A stretch of DNA of 64,000 nt, taken from Azolla caroliniana. Lineage: Eukaryota > Plantae > Polypodiophyta. The notes under the pieces are model-generated. The model was not told where the DNA came from, did no database searches, and was given only the letters and a program-made list of their open reading frames with translations. Shown in pieces: positions 13,996 to 26,917 of this stretch (positions within the stretch are counted from its first letter, which is position 1; every line of letters begins with the position of its first letter). Both the position numbers and the translations under genes were made by a program. The stretch covers positions 18,290,001 through 18,354,000 of the forward strand of contig JBHGNT010000016.1 in the NCBI GenBank assembly GCA_043228905.1, given 5' to 3'.

Positions 13996-16900
13996 AGTTG
14001 TTACGGAATAAGTACAAACACACGACTAAAGTGGAAAAAAATGTAGTGATCTGAGCTGATATCAATAAATTTGATAATGGGAAAACATAGATTAACCTCA
14101 CAACATCTCTTTCTAGGAAGATTATAGACATGAAGTAGGATAGATTTATTATCAGGCCTTTTTATGTGGATACACATATACCTCGTATACTTTGTAGTGT
14201 GATAGGGCAGCTTATGCTATCTTCAAATCAGTTAGAAATTGAGATAACCATATATTATATACATATGTACAGAAACCTATGCAAGAACAGATCTGCCAAT
14301 TGTGTAGGCGGTGAATCGGAAGATAGTATTTTTCATGAAATTAGATGGAGATACCATTGCATCTTCAAATAAGCCTTTGTCCCACCATGCAAGGTCATAG
14401 GATTTGAAGACCAACAGTTCTTCGGACACTTCTTGCTAGAAGGCTTGGCGAAAGGTGTTTGCAATGCAAGAGAGAAGTTACCAAAGGAGAACAATATGCC
14501 CACAATCATTCAACAGCATAAAACAGTCATCACTTTCTTCATGCTACAAGTGAATCGAAGACTATACAAATGGGGTCTTGTTCAAGATACTTAAAAAGGG
14601 TTACAGTTGATCAATCAATAGCAACGTGCACACATAGGCCACAACCTTATGGACCATGACATTGTGACCCTTCTCACTGAAAAATAAAGGCCATTATCAC
14701 TAAGTACGAAAGCTACTTCCCACGCTTTGAAGATTTCTCAATCGTAAAGCGACTCATGTTGGTATTTTTTTCAAGACAAGTTTAGAATCTTAAGCTATTA
14801 TGTATCTAGATTCTTTAGTACCACTTATATATATCGTTTTATGGTTCTCAAAGATGAGACATGTAGATTTTTTTCTTTCTTTCTCAAATATATGGATGAA
14901 TGGATTTGCAAATTGTGCAATTGTGGGGTGGAATTGGAAGGAGACTATATTTTCCATTATGTTAGAACTCAAAAGAGCTAAAAGTAAGCTGAAGGATAAC
15001 GATGTTAATTGACAACATAACAATGTGTTATGCATGTAGATACAACCAGTACAATAAATCAAGCAATAGCAATGTGTCATGCATGTAGGCCATGGCTATT
15101 TGGACCATGGCCTTGCTACTGTCATCATTGAAAGATAAAGGCTATTATCACCTGACATCAAAGATGCTTCCCTCCTTTTTTAGATCTCTCCATATTGGAT
15201 TGGCCGATCTTGGTGATCTTTTGAAGGCAAAAGTTTCAATCTACATAAGTTCCTATCCTTTAATGCTCAGATACCTAGATTCTTTAGTACCCATATATTT
15301 AGATATATTTATTTTGGTTCATTGTTCTCAAAGACGAGACAAAATTTTACAATGTAAATCTTCTGTTCAGTCTCATAGCCATTTTCTCCTATTGAGATTT
15401 GTTAATCCCTCTCACTCCCTGGATGGCAAAGTGAGTATAAAAGAGACGACAAAAGCTAAAATACTTATTTTGACATCTTGCTTATGTGTCACTGCAGTCC
15501 TCATGATAAAGAATAAAGATATAATTGTGTCGAAGCCTAAGTGTATACACAATGGAGATAAGCTAGAGAGAATAGAGAGATAAGCAATACACAATGTTAA
15601 CCAAAGACAATGTATTAGCAAAGTGGGGATGTTTATACAATTGTAAAGCTACAAAAATATCAAGGCTAAATCAACCATGAATCAAAGGTAACCAACGTTG
15701 ACTACAAGAGAGTAGCTTGGCTTTTATATAAATTTTTGTGTACTTGCATAGAAGTCTGCACCAATCTACATTGAGTGAAGAGTGATTGAGATATCAACAG
15801 TATCTACTTCATTCAATACTATGAGTATCTCCCATGCATTTATTTTAAGAGTGAACTTTACACACACATGACCCAAGGAATGTGTATCCACACATAAGGT
15901 GTATAGAGAAACTCGACATCTCAACAATATTGAGAATAAATGGTCATTTTCCAAAAAATGTAATTTGCAACTGTATAATTCATGGTATGATAAAACGTGA
16001 AGTTCAGGCCTCTTTGGAATCAAAGGATGCATGGATACATGTAAAAAGAGAATATCATGTCTTCAAAAGGAAGAAATGGAGTCATTATGAAATTGACAAA
16101 CGAGATACAAGATGCATTGTGTCTTAAAAAAAGAACCCAAAGAGAGCATGGATGGCTATTAGTGCACAACACTTGAAAGTGAAAGGATGCTTCTCCTAAG
16201 TACAAATCTTTACACGTGGAACAATTATACATGACGGAAGAATGACGTGGTAATGAAAAGCATGAAAAACTTCAAACTGACAATTGTACCTCCATGTATG
16301 GTATTTTACATTGACATATATTCTGGTGTTTTTCTGGGACCTCCATGTACAGATATGGACATGATGTTAGTTCCATTCTTGCTTATCCCTTCTGTAATTT
16401 TTAGCCTCATTTTACGACCTATATCATGGAACAGAAAACAGCCCCGTACATTTGATCTTTCTTCCGCAAAAAGTGAAGAATAAGCCAATTGTGTGCCATA
16501 TTGAGGTGATTTGGCTACATCTCCAAATGCAATTATCATCTCCACAATTTCACGCCACCATTCTTTAGTGTGACAATTGAAGCTATGTATTTTACTATTG
16601 CATGGACTTGATTTGCGCAGCAAACACATCAAAGTCCAATGCCAATATATGTCTAGGAAAAAGTGAATTGCTGGGGAACCACTTCTCCCATTTGGTCTTG
16701 TTCTCTATTATTCTAGTGTTTTGTGTGATTACTGTTCCTTCTTATAAACTATTCTTTCAAGGAGCAACTCATCATGCTCATCCTTCGAATTTTAATGCTA
16801 ACCTATATCCTGATTGTAATAGAGTCTAAAGGTAACAAATTATGCAAACGAAAAAAGTAATCTAAGTTCATGTCTCACCTTTCTAGCAAGGTTGCATTAT

Positions 16901-17868
16901 GCAGGATTCGTAGGAATTGAGACTTATAAAATAATACATATCTCTCTACTTATAAAAAGAAGTAGATATATCTACTCAAGTGTAGATGGCTGGTATCTTG
17001 GGAATTTAAATGGAATATCAAACTTGTTTTTTATCCATGTGATGATTGAGTAGATTTATGCCTTTACATAGGCTTAAGGTTACACAGTGCATCTGCAATG
17101 AGCATTGCCAAAAGAAAACAAATTGTAAGTCAAAATGTTACTTGACTCATATAACGAGCCTTGAGGTGCAATATTCCATGAACCATGACACTTATATAAG
17201 CTATTTAGTTATACACATCCATGAACCATGCCACTTATATAAGTTATTAATATACATATAGGTGTGAAATGCAACTCTTTTATAAGTTTTTATTATCCAT
17301 TTTGATGAACGAGGAAATTTTTCTGCTAGTAAACTAATATTTAAAGATGAGCGTTTAAAACAAATTGCTATCTATATATTACGTTTTCATGTTCGAAAGT
17401 GTTATACTTGGGTCCAAAGTTAATTTTCTACTTCATACAAACACAATTGATATCAAAACTCATTCCATTAATTTCTGGGCTTGCCCTCTTAATGGAGAGG
17501 ACAAATAGAAGATTCTTTGATATTTGTAAACTTAGCACTAGATTCTGATATTTAATCTAATGAGATGTGATAGATTTGAAATACATAGGTTGTAGGGTTT
17601 GAAGGCAAATAATACCTTGCAAATCTTGTTTGGTAGGAAGAGTTTTTTGGCAATTCTAACTAATAAACTTTGGAGTATTTTGTACTCATAGTAAGTCTAT
17701 GGATTCCATGGTAGCAACTTGGAAGGGCATGTCATATATAAATACATTGATTTCTACATTAGAAAGCATTAGAGGAGTTTTAAACAATGTAATGCATATT
17801 GGGATGACTGCAATATAAGGCTTCTACTAAGGTAGGAGTGATCATGATTAATTTCTTTCTGTCTATAG

Positions 17869-17962
17869 TTATCTTTGTCTTGAGCCATATCCATCTTCAC
17901 TCTTGGAATTCTTGACGGAGCAAAATATTCAACTTTTTCATCATGGCATAGAAGGGACAAAG
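17869..17962 (+). CDS. PFA-DSP: PFA-DSP exon (YLCLEPYPSSLLEFLTEQNIQLFHHGIEGTK)
   Basis: ctatAG acceptor and GT donor. Phase matches the previous exon. Matches the family motif YLCPEPYP..FL..I.LF.FGIEG.K. Confidence 0.92.
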
Positions 17963-18083
17963 GTATATTGAGTGCTCACACTAACATATTTAATACCTGA
18001 TTTAAGTAAATTCTTTTTGTGTTTTTTTACCATCTCTATTGAGACATACAAACTCAAAAAAGTACAATTTCATGCAATGACAG

Positions 18084-18141
18084 GAACCATTTGTGAATAT
18101 CCCCGACAATGTGATTCAGGAGGCTCTAAAAGTGATCCTAG
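18084..18141 (+). CDS. PFA-DSP: PFA-DSP exon (EPFVNIPDNVIQEALKVIL)
   Basis: cAG/GT boundaries, 58 nt, phase-consistent. Conserved EPFVNIP..I.EALKV motif. Confidence 0.93.
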
Positions 18142-19084
18142 GTGCGTGATGATGTTTACTGATATGACTATTGAGAAAGTGATGGAAACTCAAAAATCTT
18201 AGGAACCAAGAGTTAAAGCTTAAATGGAAAGAATGTGTTAACATCAGAATAGCCAAATCATGTGATATAGCTTGCATAATTAGACCAAGCGTTAAGAGTT
18301 GTGGAGCCAAATGGTAAGATTCAAAAACAGGACCAAATCCTAGATGTGTATAAGATTGAATAGGAAGAACATAAGATTCCAAATCACAAAATCATGTTAT
18401 ATATATAGTATAATTAGGCAAGAAGGGTGTTTTGAATATACATGTCCTTATCGTATAGTGAAGTGTTGAGAGACAGTATATTCATGAAGTGGAGATATTT
18501 GTCAAGGCTTGGAAAAACTCTTTTGGAGAAACTCTTTGCATGAACGTAAAACACACCCCATGAAGAAGGTATCATAGTTTAAATGCTTCGTAAAAGTAAA
18601 GACGGGTTAATTATTATCATTTACCAATAAGTTTTGGGTCAAGGGAATACTTGAGTTTTAAATAGTTATTAGAGTGTTTAATTATGAAGCAAAGCTGTAT
18701 TTATAATTTATTTACAATAACATATGTTTTAGCCACAGTTTGCTGAGTTTTCTGTTAGTTTTCCATTCAATTCATGTCATAGACAATATTGATTTATCGA
18801 TATTGTATGAAAGTAAGAAACAGTGCAAACAAAGCTTACCTAGTGCTAGTCCACACTTGTTTTAGACCTATTCTTATTATTATAAGTTTAAAGCCTCTTC
18901 TAATATTTTAAATCATACAATAAGAAACCAAAAACCATAATTACATGATATTACTAGTAATAAACAACCAACATAAGTTTGGGAATAGAGTTTGTTCTTA
19001 CTTTGAAAATAGCATTGTAATGTTGTGAATTTGTAGAATTTGTTTAGCTAATTCAAATGCTGTACATTTGTGGTGATTTTGCAG

Positions 19085-19128
19085 ATGAGAATAATCGGCC
19101 TGTCTTGATTCATTGTCGGAAAGGAAAG
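19085..19128 (+). CDS. PFA-DSP: PFA-DSP exon (DENNRPVLIHCRKGK)
   Basis: ttttgcAG/GTATGT boundaries. Contains the first half of the catalytic CX5R loop. Confidence 0.93.
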
Positions 19129-19672
19129 GTATGTAGATTTTTTCATGTTTTCTTATGATTTTGAATGATTAGTTAAAACTTCATTTACGTATTTGATAGT
19201 AAGAACTTGATGAATGGTCAACTGCACACTATAAACTAATGAGTTAACATTGGTTATACAAAAAAAAAATGGGACATACTCATTATATCAGCCCATTTAT
19301 TCAATAATGAATCTTTAGGCGCTATATTTTTTAAATAGTAGTAAATCAAGGAAAGCCTAAAATTATAATTGTAGGAAAGAGGTTGATTTAATGCAGACTT
19401 ACGATTGAATTGATAATTGTTGGTAGCCAGTGATCATGATTTTATAATTACCCACAAATTACAGATTAATGGATTATCCTGTGTAACTATTTATTCTCCC
19501 AGTTATAAAAATAATAAATAAGGTATTAAGAGCCAATCAATGTGTCAATCAACAAATTAATGCATAAACTAATCACTAATTACTGGCCCACTGCCCAATA
19601 GATTATTCCGTGATGCAATGGGTCTTCAGTTGCGACAGAGTTTGACCGATCGATTCTAAATTTGGATCTTAA

Positions 19673-19924
<252 letters not shown>

Positions 19925-20591
19925 ATATCAATAGTTTTGCGGCCTCGAGTTTCGTATTGTTTGCCCAAGAGCAAGTTTCTACGAGACATAAAAACATCGT
20001 TTCCGATGATTTCAGAAAGGCCCTTCTACATTTGACTTTTGACGTTGGCTAACGTTGGCGTATGTGCTTAATCTTCCCAATTCCAACCGTTCCCCTCTAA
20101 CTTTCGCCCTCATCATTGATGATTTTTTTCACAAAGTCTCGAATAATCGACTCCCCTTTGTTGATGACAAATATATATGTGGATGATGATGATTTCACCA
20201 AGTCTCGGCCAATCTGCATCTCCACCAAGTATTTGATGCGCTATTCCGATGCTCAGACGTACATGGATAGTGCTCAGCATTGTATCATTTGTTGAATTTA
20301 TGCCAAACACAAATAAATCGAGACCAATAAAAAAATATGAGGATTTGTTTTTCAGCACTTTGTCTTCTTTTAGGTATATGTTGGCTGTGATATTTTGATT
20401 GGAATTTACTATAAGAAATGCTCTACAGTTTTTTAGTATATAATTGCTCAAAAGATTATAGAAATTTTGGATATCAATTTTCAAAGAGATTTTTATCAGC
20501 TCTTCTTGCCAATATTGTATTGCACGCCGGAAATTTTCATTCTCTTCTTCAAAGAAGAATTTAGATCAGAAGAGATATCTACATTTGTTCC

Positions 20592-20718
20592 TAGCAATGG
20601 GCACGGTTTTTGGCTCAAACTGAACCAACTGTTAAGCCATGGTTTCAACTTTTTCTTAAATGGTTTGGTTTAAATATTGAGAGTTCATAAACGGTTTGGT
20701 TTGGTTTGCCCATTGCTA
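20592..20718. mobile_element. hAT-type MITE (127 bp)
   Basis: Perfect 12-bp TIR TAGCAATGGGCA/TGCCCATTGCTA. 8-bp TSD TTTGTTCC/TTTGTCCC. AACCG-type subterminal motifs. Confidence 0.8.
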
Positions 20719-21365
20719 TTTGTCCCTACCAATGTTCTCTTGATTATTACATTGTAACGTGATATCTTTGCCTACCCTATCTTGTCATTCCCATCTATTT
20801 TGAGGGAAAGCAATCACCCAACAAGAAATTATCTACTGATACAATAATGTAGACTTTATCTAAGTTTTTAAAGGTCAAGCTAAGCATGATTGCAAGTATG
20901 TATATGATCCTCTAACCCACCCAATGTGGGGATGTTTGCTAGGCTTACCACATGTTTCTCTAGATGGTCTTACCTAACTAACCTAGAGCTTAAGTGTATA
21001 GGGTTGGGACAAAGCCTACTCTATTGTTGGCGAGACAAATAGAAAGTGGGTGTCAATCCACTCCTAAGTCTATGAAACTCTACTCTATTGTTGGCAAGAC
21101 AAGTGGAAGTGGGTATCAATCCACTTGTAAGTCTACTCCAATAAATAAAGAAAAAAAAGAGTAAGCAAACTCTAGACTTAATAGCAAAAGATGCATAAAC
21201 AAAGTTAAGTCTGCTTCATCACCCTTAATCAGTTATCATGGAAGATTAATGAGAACAAGCACGAAATAAAAGGCTTTGAAAAGACCCCAATAAGTAACAA
21301 TTGACCCAAAGACATTAAAGATGGAAGCTTAAGCTTTCAGTTTTACTTAGTAATTAGTTTAAAAG

Positions 21366-21790
21366 TAACAATCGGCAACAGTTCGGTCTGAACTACGAAA
21401 CCATGGCTTAACGGTTTAAACGGTTCAGTTCGGATTCAACAGTTAGAAACTGCGGTTTACCGGTTTTTTATTTTTTATTTTTTGTTAAATTTCAATTTTA
21501 TTTTTTTATTTTAAAACAATCTTTTCATTTTCATGCCTTATTCTCACATTTTTAGAAAATCTTTTTTTGAAAATGTAAATAATGAAATATTTTAAAACAA
21601 AAATTTTGACCTAAGCTAAAAACCGAAACCGAACCACGATTTTACCGGTTTAATGGCTTAACGGTTTGAATTTTTTTAATGGTTCAGTTTAACGGTTTCG
21701 TGGTTTGGTTTGGTTTGGTTTGGTTCAGGTTTCCAAAATTTTAAATGGTTCGGTTTTGACCCTCTTGAACCGAACTGTTGCCAATTGTTA
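21366..21790. mobile_element. hAT-type MITE (425 bp)
   Basis: About 21-bp TIR TAACAATCGGCAACAGTTCGG/CCGAACTGTTGCCAATTGTTA. 8-bp TSD TTTAAAAG/CTTAAAAG. Many AACCG/CGGTT motifs. Confidence 0.85.
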
Positions 21791-21930
21791 CTTAAAAGGC
21801 TAAACAAATCTGGCAAAAACTTATGGGAAACTTGTGGAGGACCTCAATCTCCATTTTGATGAACATGTTACACAATATAACATAAGACCAAATTGTGTAA
21901 TGTGAAGAACTGAGTCTTTCCCATCAAGTC

Positions 21931-22410
21931 TAACAATCGGCAATGGTTCGGATTGAACTGAATCTAACAACGGTTTAAACGGTTTGGTTTAGGTTTAGGT
22001 TTTTGTAAATGGTTTGCTTTTAGTTCGGTTGGGTTGGGGGGTTTACCGGTTCGATTCAAGCCTTTATTAGTTTAACAATTTTTAGTTTAAAAGTTTGAAA
22101 CCACGATTCAAACAGTTAAAAAATTTTGAAATTTGAAATATTGAAATATTGAAAAATTTTAAAATTACAATATGAAAATTTGAATTTTGACCTAATGTGA
22201 AAACCAAAACCCAACTGTGAAACCGCGATTTAACAGGTTAATAGTTTAAAGGTTTGAAAGTCTCTAAATTTGTTTGGTTTGAGCTTGAATTTTTAGTAAC
22301 GGTTTGGTTTAAATGGTATCGGTTTAAATAGTTTTGTGGTTTGATTCGGTTGAAGTTTTAATTTTTTTAAATGGTTTGAGTTTGACACTCTCGAACCAAA
22401 CCAAACCTAA
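21931..22410. mobile_element. Second, right-truncated copy of the same MITE family
   Basis: Starts TAACAATCGGCAATGGTTCGG and is collinear with 21366-21790. Right TIR is missing. Confidence 0.7.
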
Positions 22411-22439
22411 GAGTTGATGATTAATAATCAAGTCACAAC

Positions 22440-24270
22440 AATACTCTAGCGCATCGTGTGATAGAGCTTTGGTCAATGCATTTCCTGCATTTTTCTAGAG
22501 AAACAACCTTCCCCAAGGTTAAATGTAGCTAGAAGCTTTTGATTCCCAGATGAAATGGTATTGCACTTCAATGTGCTCGGTCTTTGCATGGTATATTGGG
22601 TTTTTGGCCGATGCAATGGCACTTTTGACTATCGCAAAACAATATGGGTACAAGCTGAGGTATGTTGGTGTCCCAAACTAGTCTGGAAAGCTTCCTTACA
22701 TGCCTCACTAGCTACAATATCCTCTTCTTTTGTAGTAGACAGAGCAATACACTCTTGGAGACGAGATCTCCAAGATATGGCACCTCCTACAAATTGAAAA
22801 TGTACCGTGAAGTAGGCTTTCTGTTGTTAGAATAGTCGACATAATCAAAATTTGTATATCCAATAATGGATACATTTTCGCCACCCAAACATAGACACTT
22901 ATTCCTAGTGCCACTCAGATATCTTAATATCGTTTTTAATTGTTTCCCATGTTTCTTACCAAGGTTTGACAAAAATTTGCTCACAACTCCCACTACAAAT
23001 GTTGTGTCTGGCGTAGTCGCCATAACGTACATGAGACTACCAACAACAATCTGTTAAGGAATTTTGCTAAGGAACTCCTTTTATCATCAAATTTGAGACA
23101 TTCATTTTTGCTCGACTTTACATGCATGGATAAAGGTGTGCTCAAAGGCTTCGAATTCTCCATATTAAACCTCTTGAGTATTTTGGATGCATACTCAAAT
23201 TGAGACAAGTAAATACATCCATTAATCACTATCACAAGTAATATGCATGCTAAGGATGTGTTTTGTATTTCCCAAAAACATTTCATGTCCAAAGTTTGAC
23301 TCAAATTTTTCTTTAGCTTGGACAACTCATCCTTGTTTTTACTGACGATGAGAATGTCATCTACATAGAGTATTTAAATTATATATGAGTCATCTAGACA
23401 TTTCTTAGCATATAGACATGAGTCTTCATTGCTCCTATTATAACTGTGGGAACTCATAAAAGCATCAAATTTTCGATACCACTTTCGAGGAGATTTTTTA
23501 AGACCATATAAAGTTGCTTGAGCTTACATACCAAAGGCATTTTTCCATGAACTTCATAACCCTTCGGTTGCTCCAAATAGATGTCCTCACTGAGATGTCC
23601 ATGCAAAAAATAGTTTTTACATCCATTTGAAATAACTCATGATCCTTTTTTGCAACCCAATGGGAGCATCATGCTTAACACAAACATCTTGACTACGGAA
23701 GTTTCATCAAAATCGACTCCTTTTTTAAAACCTTTTGTCACAATACAAGCTTTATACTTCAGAAGAGCACTATCGGATGTGTATTTGTACTTTACATGAT
23801 ACTGCTTTCCTACCTTTCGGCAAATTTGGCACTGAGTTCCAAGTTCCATTCTTATGAATACTATCCAACTCATTTTGCATTGCATGTCTATACTTAGCAT
23901 GATCATGAATTGATATGACTTCATGGTAACATGAAGGCTCGCCAACATTTGTTAGGATTACAAAATGAACAAATCTGCTAGGTGGTTTGGACACATGTGT
24001 AGATCTCCTTAATGATTCATGAACATGAATACGGTTGAATACCATCATGTTGTACATAGGAATCATCATTTTGAACATCACTATTCTGAGCATAATCGTG
24101 TTAACATTCACGAACTCTATCCTAGATGGTTTTATTCATGCTCTCAACTACACCATTCTAGACAAGGGCATAAGGAGTTGTATACTCTCTCTAAATGCCT
24201 CTAGACTTATTGTTAGTATTCTAGGTTCAATTAGATATTATAGAATATCAGATAATGCATAGGGCGTTCA
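22440..24270 (-). mobile_element. Degenerate Ty1/copia pol (RT-RNaseH)
   Basis: EPSCYHE..AMQNELDSIHKNGTW, GVDFDET, LYVDDILI (about 23350-23373), LSQFEYASKILKRFNMENSKP, LRYLSGT. Many lesions. Confidence 0.85.
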
Positions 24271-24307
24271 CAATTATTGAAAAAGGGCATAGACAACAAA
24301 ATCTATG

Positions 24308-25310
24308 ATGTTGAAGTGTCTATTTTTAGAAAAAAAATTACTGTATTTTTAGAGACTATTTTTTTAGAAACTTTGAGTCCTCTACATATAGAGGTAGTGT
24401 ATAAATCTTTAAAAGCTACTATTGTATGTATGAGCTTATAACTTAGCTTCATCTTTTGTAGAAATATTCTTTCTACTATTGTTTTAATTTATATTTTAAT
24501 AATCACTTGTTTTCTTCCTTAATTAAACTTTTACATCTCTAATCTTTCTACTAATTAGAATAGATTAGTTTAAATACCTCTTTTCTAACATTGGTATCAG
24601 AGCTATAACCTTGTCTATCTTCTTCTTTTCAATCATGTCTTCTTCTATTACTATCCAAGGAAGCTTGCTGGTGAAGACAACTTTGGGGCATGGAAGAATT
24701 TGATTCAGCCAATCTTGAAGGTTTGGGTTGATGGACTTATATTACAAGGAAAGTCCTCCAGCTCAAAGGATGGAGTTTCAAAGGATGATGATGAAGGTCC
24801 CCATCTTGAACAAGAAGCTTGAGATATGAAAGATCAACATGCATTTGCTATTTTGATGAACCCTCTCACACCTAAGATCGTTATGCAATTCGGGTCTAAA
24901 GAAACATCAAGTGAGCTTTGGGAAGTCTTGCATTCAAGGTATGAATGGTCATTTGGTCAAGACTTATTCATTTGCAAATGTAATTCGAAGATTTGAAAAT
25001 AAATGAATTTGATTCTATTTCTGATAAGCTTGCTAAGTTTATTTCTTTAGGAGATAAGATGGCAGCAATAGGAAACTTTCTTTCTGATTGTGAGCTATCA
25101 TTGCGATTTCCTGCTAAGCTTCTATCTTCATGGGAGACGCCATAACATTGATTCTAGAGAAAGAAGAAAGGACTATAAAGAATGACGGTTCACAAGAACG
25201 GTTTACTTCTAAAGAAAGAAAAATGAGCTAGTGGAGAACTACCTACCACAACAAACAAATCTTTTTTACGCAAGGATTCCAAATAGAAAAATTCACATAA
25301 GGATCTTACT
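24308..25310 (+). mobile_element. Ty1/copia 5' part: LTR, PBS(Met-i) and degenerate gag
   Basis: TGTTGAAG...TCTAACA LTR-like block, then TGGTATCAGAGC at about 24593 and a copia gag-like translation (NFGAWK..,ELWEVLHSRY). Cut at 25311. Confidence 0.75.
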
Positions 25311-26564
25311 TAGGGATCGACAACAGCTCGGTTCAAGCCTAAACCGTTTAGCTAAACCAGTTTAAAACAGCTTAACGGCTCAGCCCGGCTTAGGCTTGAG
25401 CTTGGTTCGGCTTGGCTTGAGACTTGTCAAACCGGTTAAGCCATTTATGTGATTTACTACTGGTTAAAAGTTAGAAATTAGTTAGAAACTTGAGAGAAAT
25501 CGACTAACTCAATGAGAGGAAGCCATAGCCAAAGGCAACGACTATTGAATCAAAGATTACATATTAGGGATTGGCAACGGTTCAGTTTAGGCTTAACTAG
25601 TTTGGCCTTATCCAAGCCAAACTGATTAAGCCTAAACCATTTTGGGGTTCTCAAACCTGAACCAAACCGATCCCTAAACCGGTTTGGAAACCTCACCATT
25701 ATTTTTCTTCCCCTCAACCTCTAACAACATCATCATCAACACCACTAAAACCATCACCATCTCAGCTACAAATATATGATGGCTATGGAGACATGCATGC
25801 CAATTTCCCTACTTCTACAAGACACCTTGCTTGCTAGCACATGGACATGGCTTGCCCTAGGCCTTGCCACCATAGCCACCTTAATTTGAGCTTTCTTCAC
25901 TCGGCCTCGTCTCTATGAACCGCTCTCTCTTCCTCCCTACTCTCCTCCTCCCAAAAATCAATCCAATATGTTAGGTGAGGAAAATGAATCCGCGATAGCA
26001 GATAAAAAAATGGAAGCCATAAAAGGTAAGGAAAATGATTGTATTAAAGAAGAAAAGGTTGTTAGCTTTGAGAAGCAATTTGGGTGGGATAAATTGCTGG
26101 AAACTAAGATTGGCATGTCATGGGAATATGCCACATAGACCCAATTTTGGTTGGATAAATTGGGGGAAAATATCGGTGGCTACTATCGAAGAAGATCATC
26201 ACGGGAAGAGATCAACGAGCATCATCAAAGAACCTAAAGGTTGGGAGTGCCAAAGAGGATCAGTGAATCAGTGATTAAAACAATGTCATTAATTGTATAA
26301 AAGCGTCTAGGCTACAAGCAATCTTGCTCATCGTCGTCCACTATGTAGTATACATGCACCCTCCCTCCCTCTCTCTCTCATGTCTGTATAGTCTCTGATT
26401 CAATGGTCATAGGCTACAGACAGTCCTACTCCTCCTCGTCCACTATGTAGTATACTTGCTCTCTCTCTCTCTCTCTCTCTCTGACGTTTGTGTGGTCTCT
26501 AATTCAATAGGCATAGGCTACAGGCAGACCTGCTCGTCATCATCCACTATGTAGTATATAGGCT

Positions 26565-26611
<47 letters not shown>

Positions 26612-26917
26612 GTCTATGTAGTAGGGATCGACAATGGCTTGGCTCAAGCCTAAACCGTTTAGCTAAACTGGTTTTTAACGGCGTAGCGGCATAGCGGCTC
26701 AACTTGGCTTGGTTAAGGCTTGAGCCCACCTAAACGGTTTGGGTTCGACTCGGCTTGGCTTGAGCCTTGCCAAACCAGTTAAGCCCTTTAAGTTGTTTAT
26801 GTGATTTAAGAAATTAGAAAGTTAGAAATTAGACAGTTAGAAGTTAAAAGTTAGAACTTGAAAGTTAACTAAGAGACTAAGAGACAAGAAGCCATAGGCA
26901 ACAGACTGTTGAGTGAC
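25311..26917. mobile_element. Cluster of non-autonomous hAT-like (TAGGGAT..CAA, AACCG-rich) elements
   Basis: Termini TAGGGATCGACAA/TAGGGATTGGCAA at 25311, 25565 and 26622. An inverted terminus of the same type lies at about 55690-55817. Contains a 3x about 105-bp (CT)n-bearing tandem repeat at 26300-26620. Confidence 0.6.

Noticed and set aside
14790-16830. Several 70-160 aa intronic ORFs
   Set aside because: No recognisable motifs or consistent splice structure.
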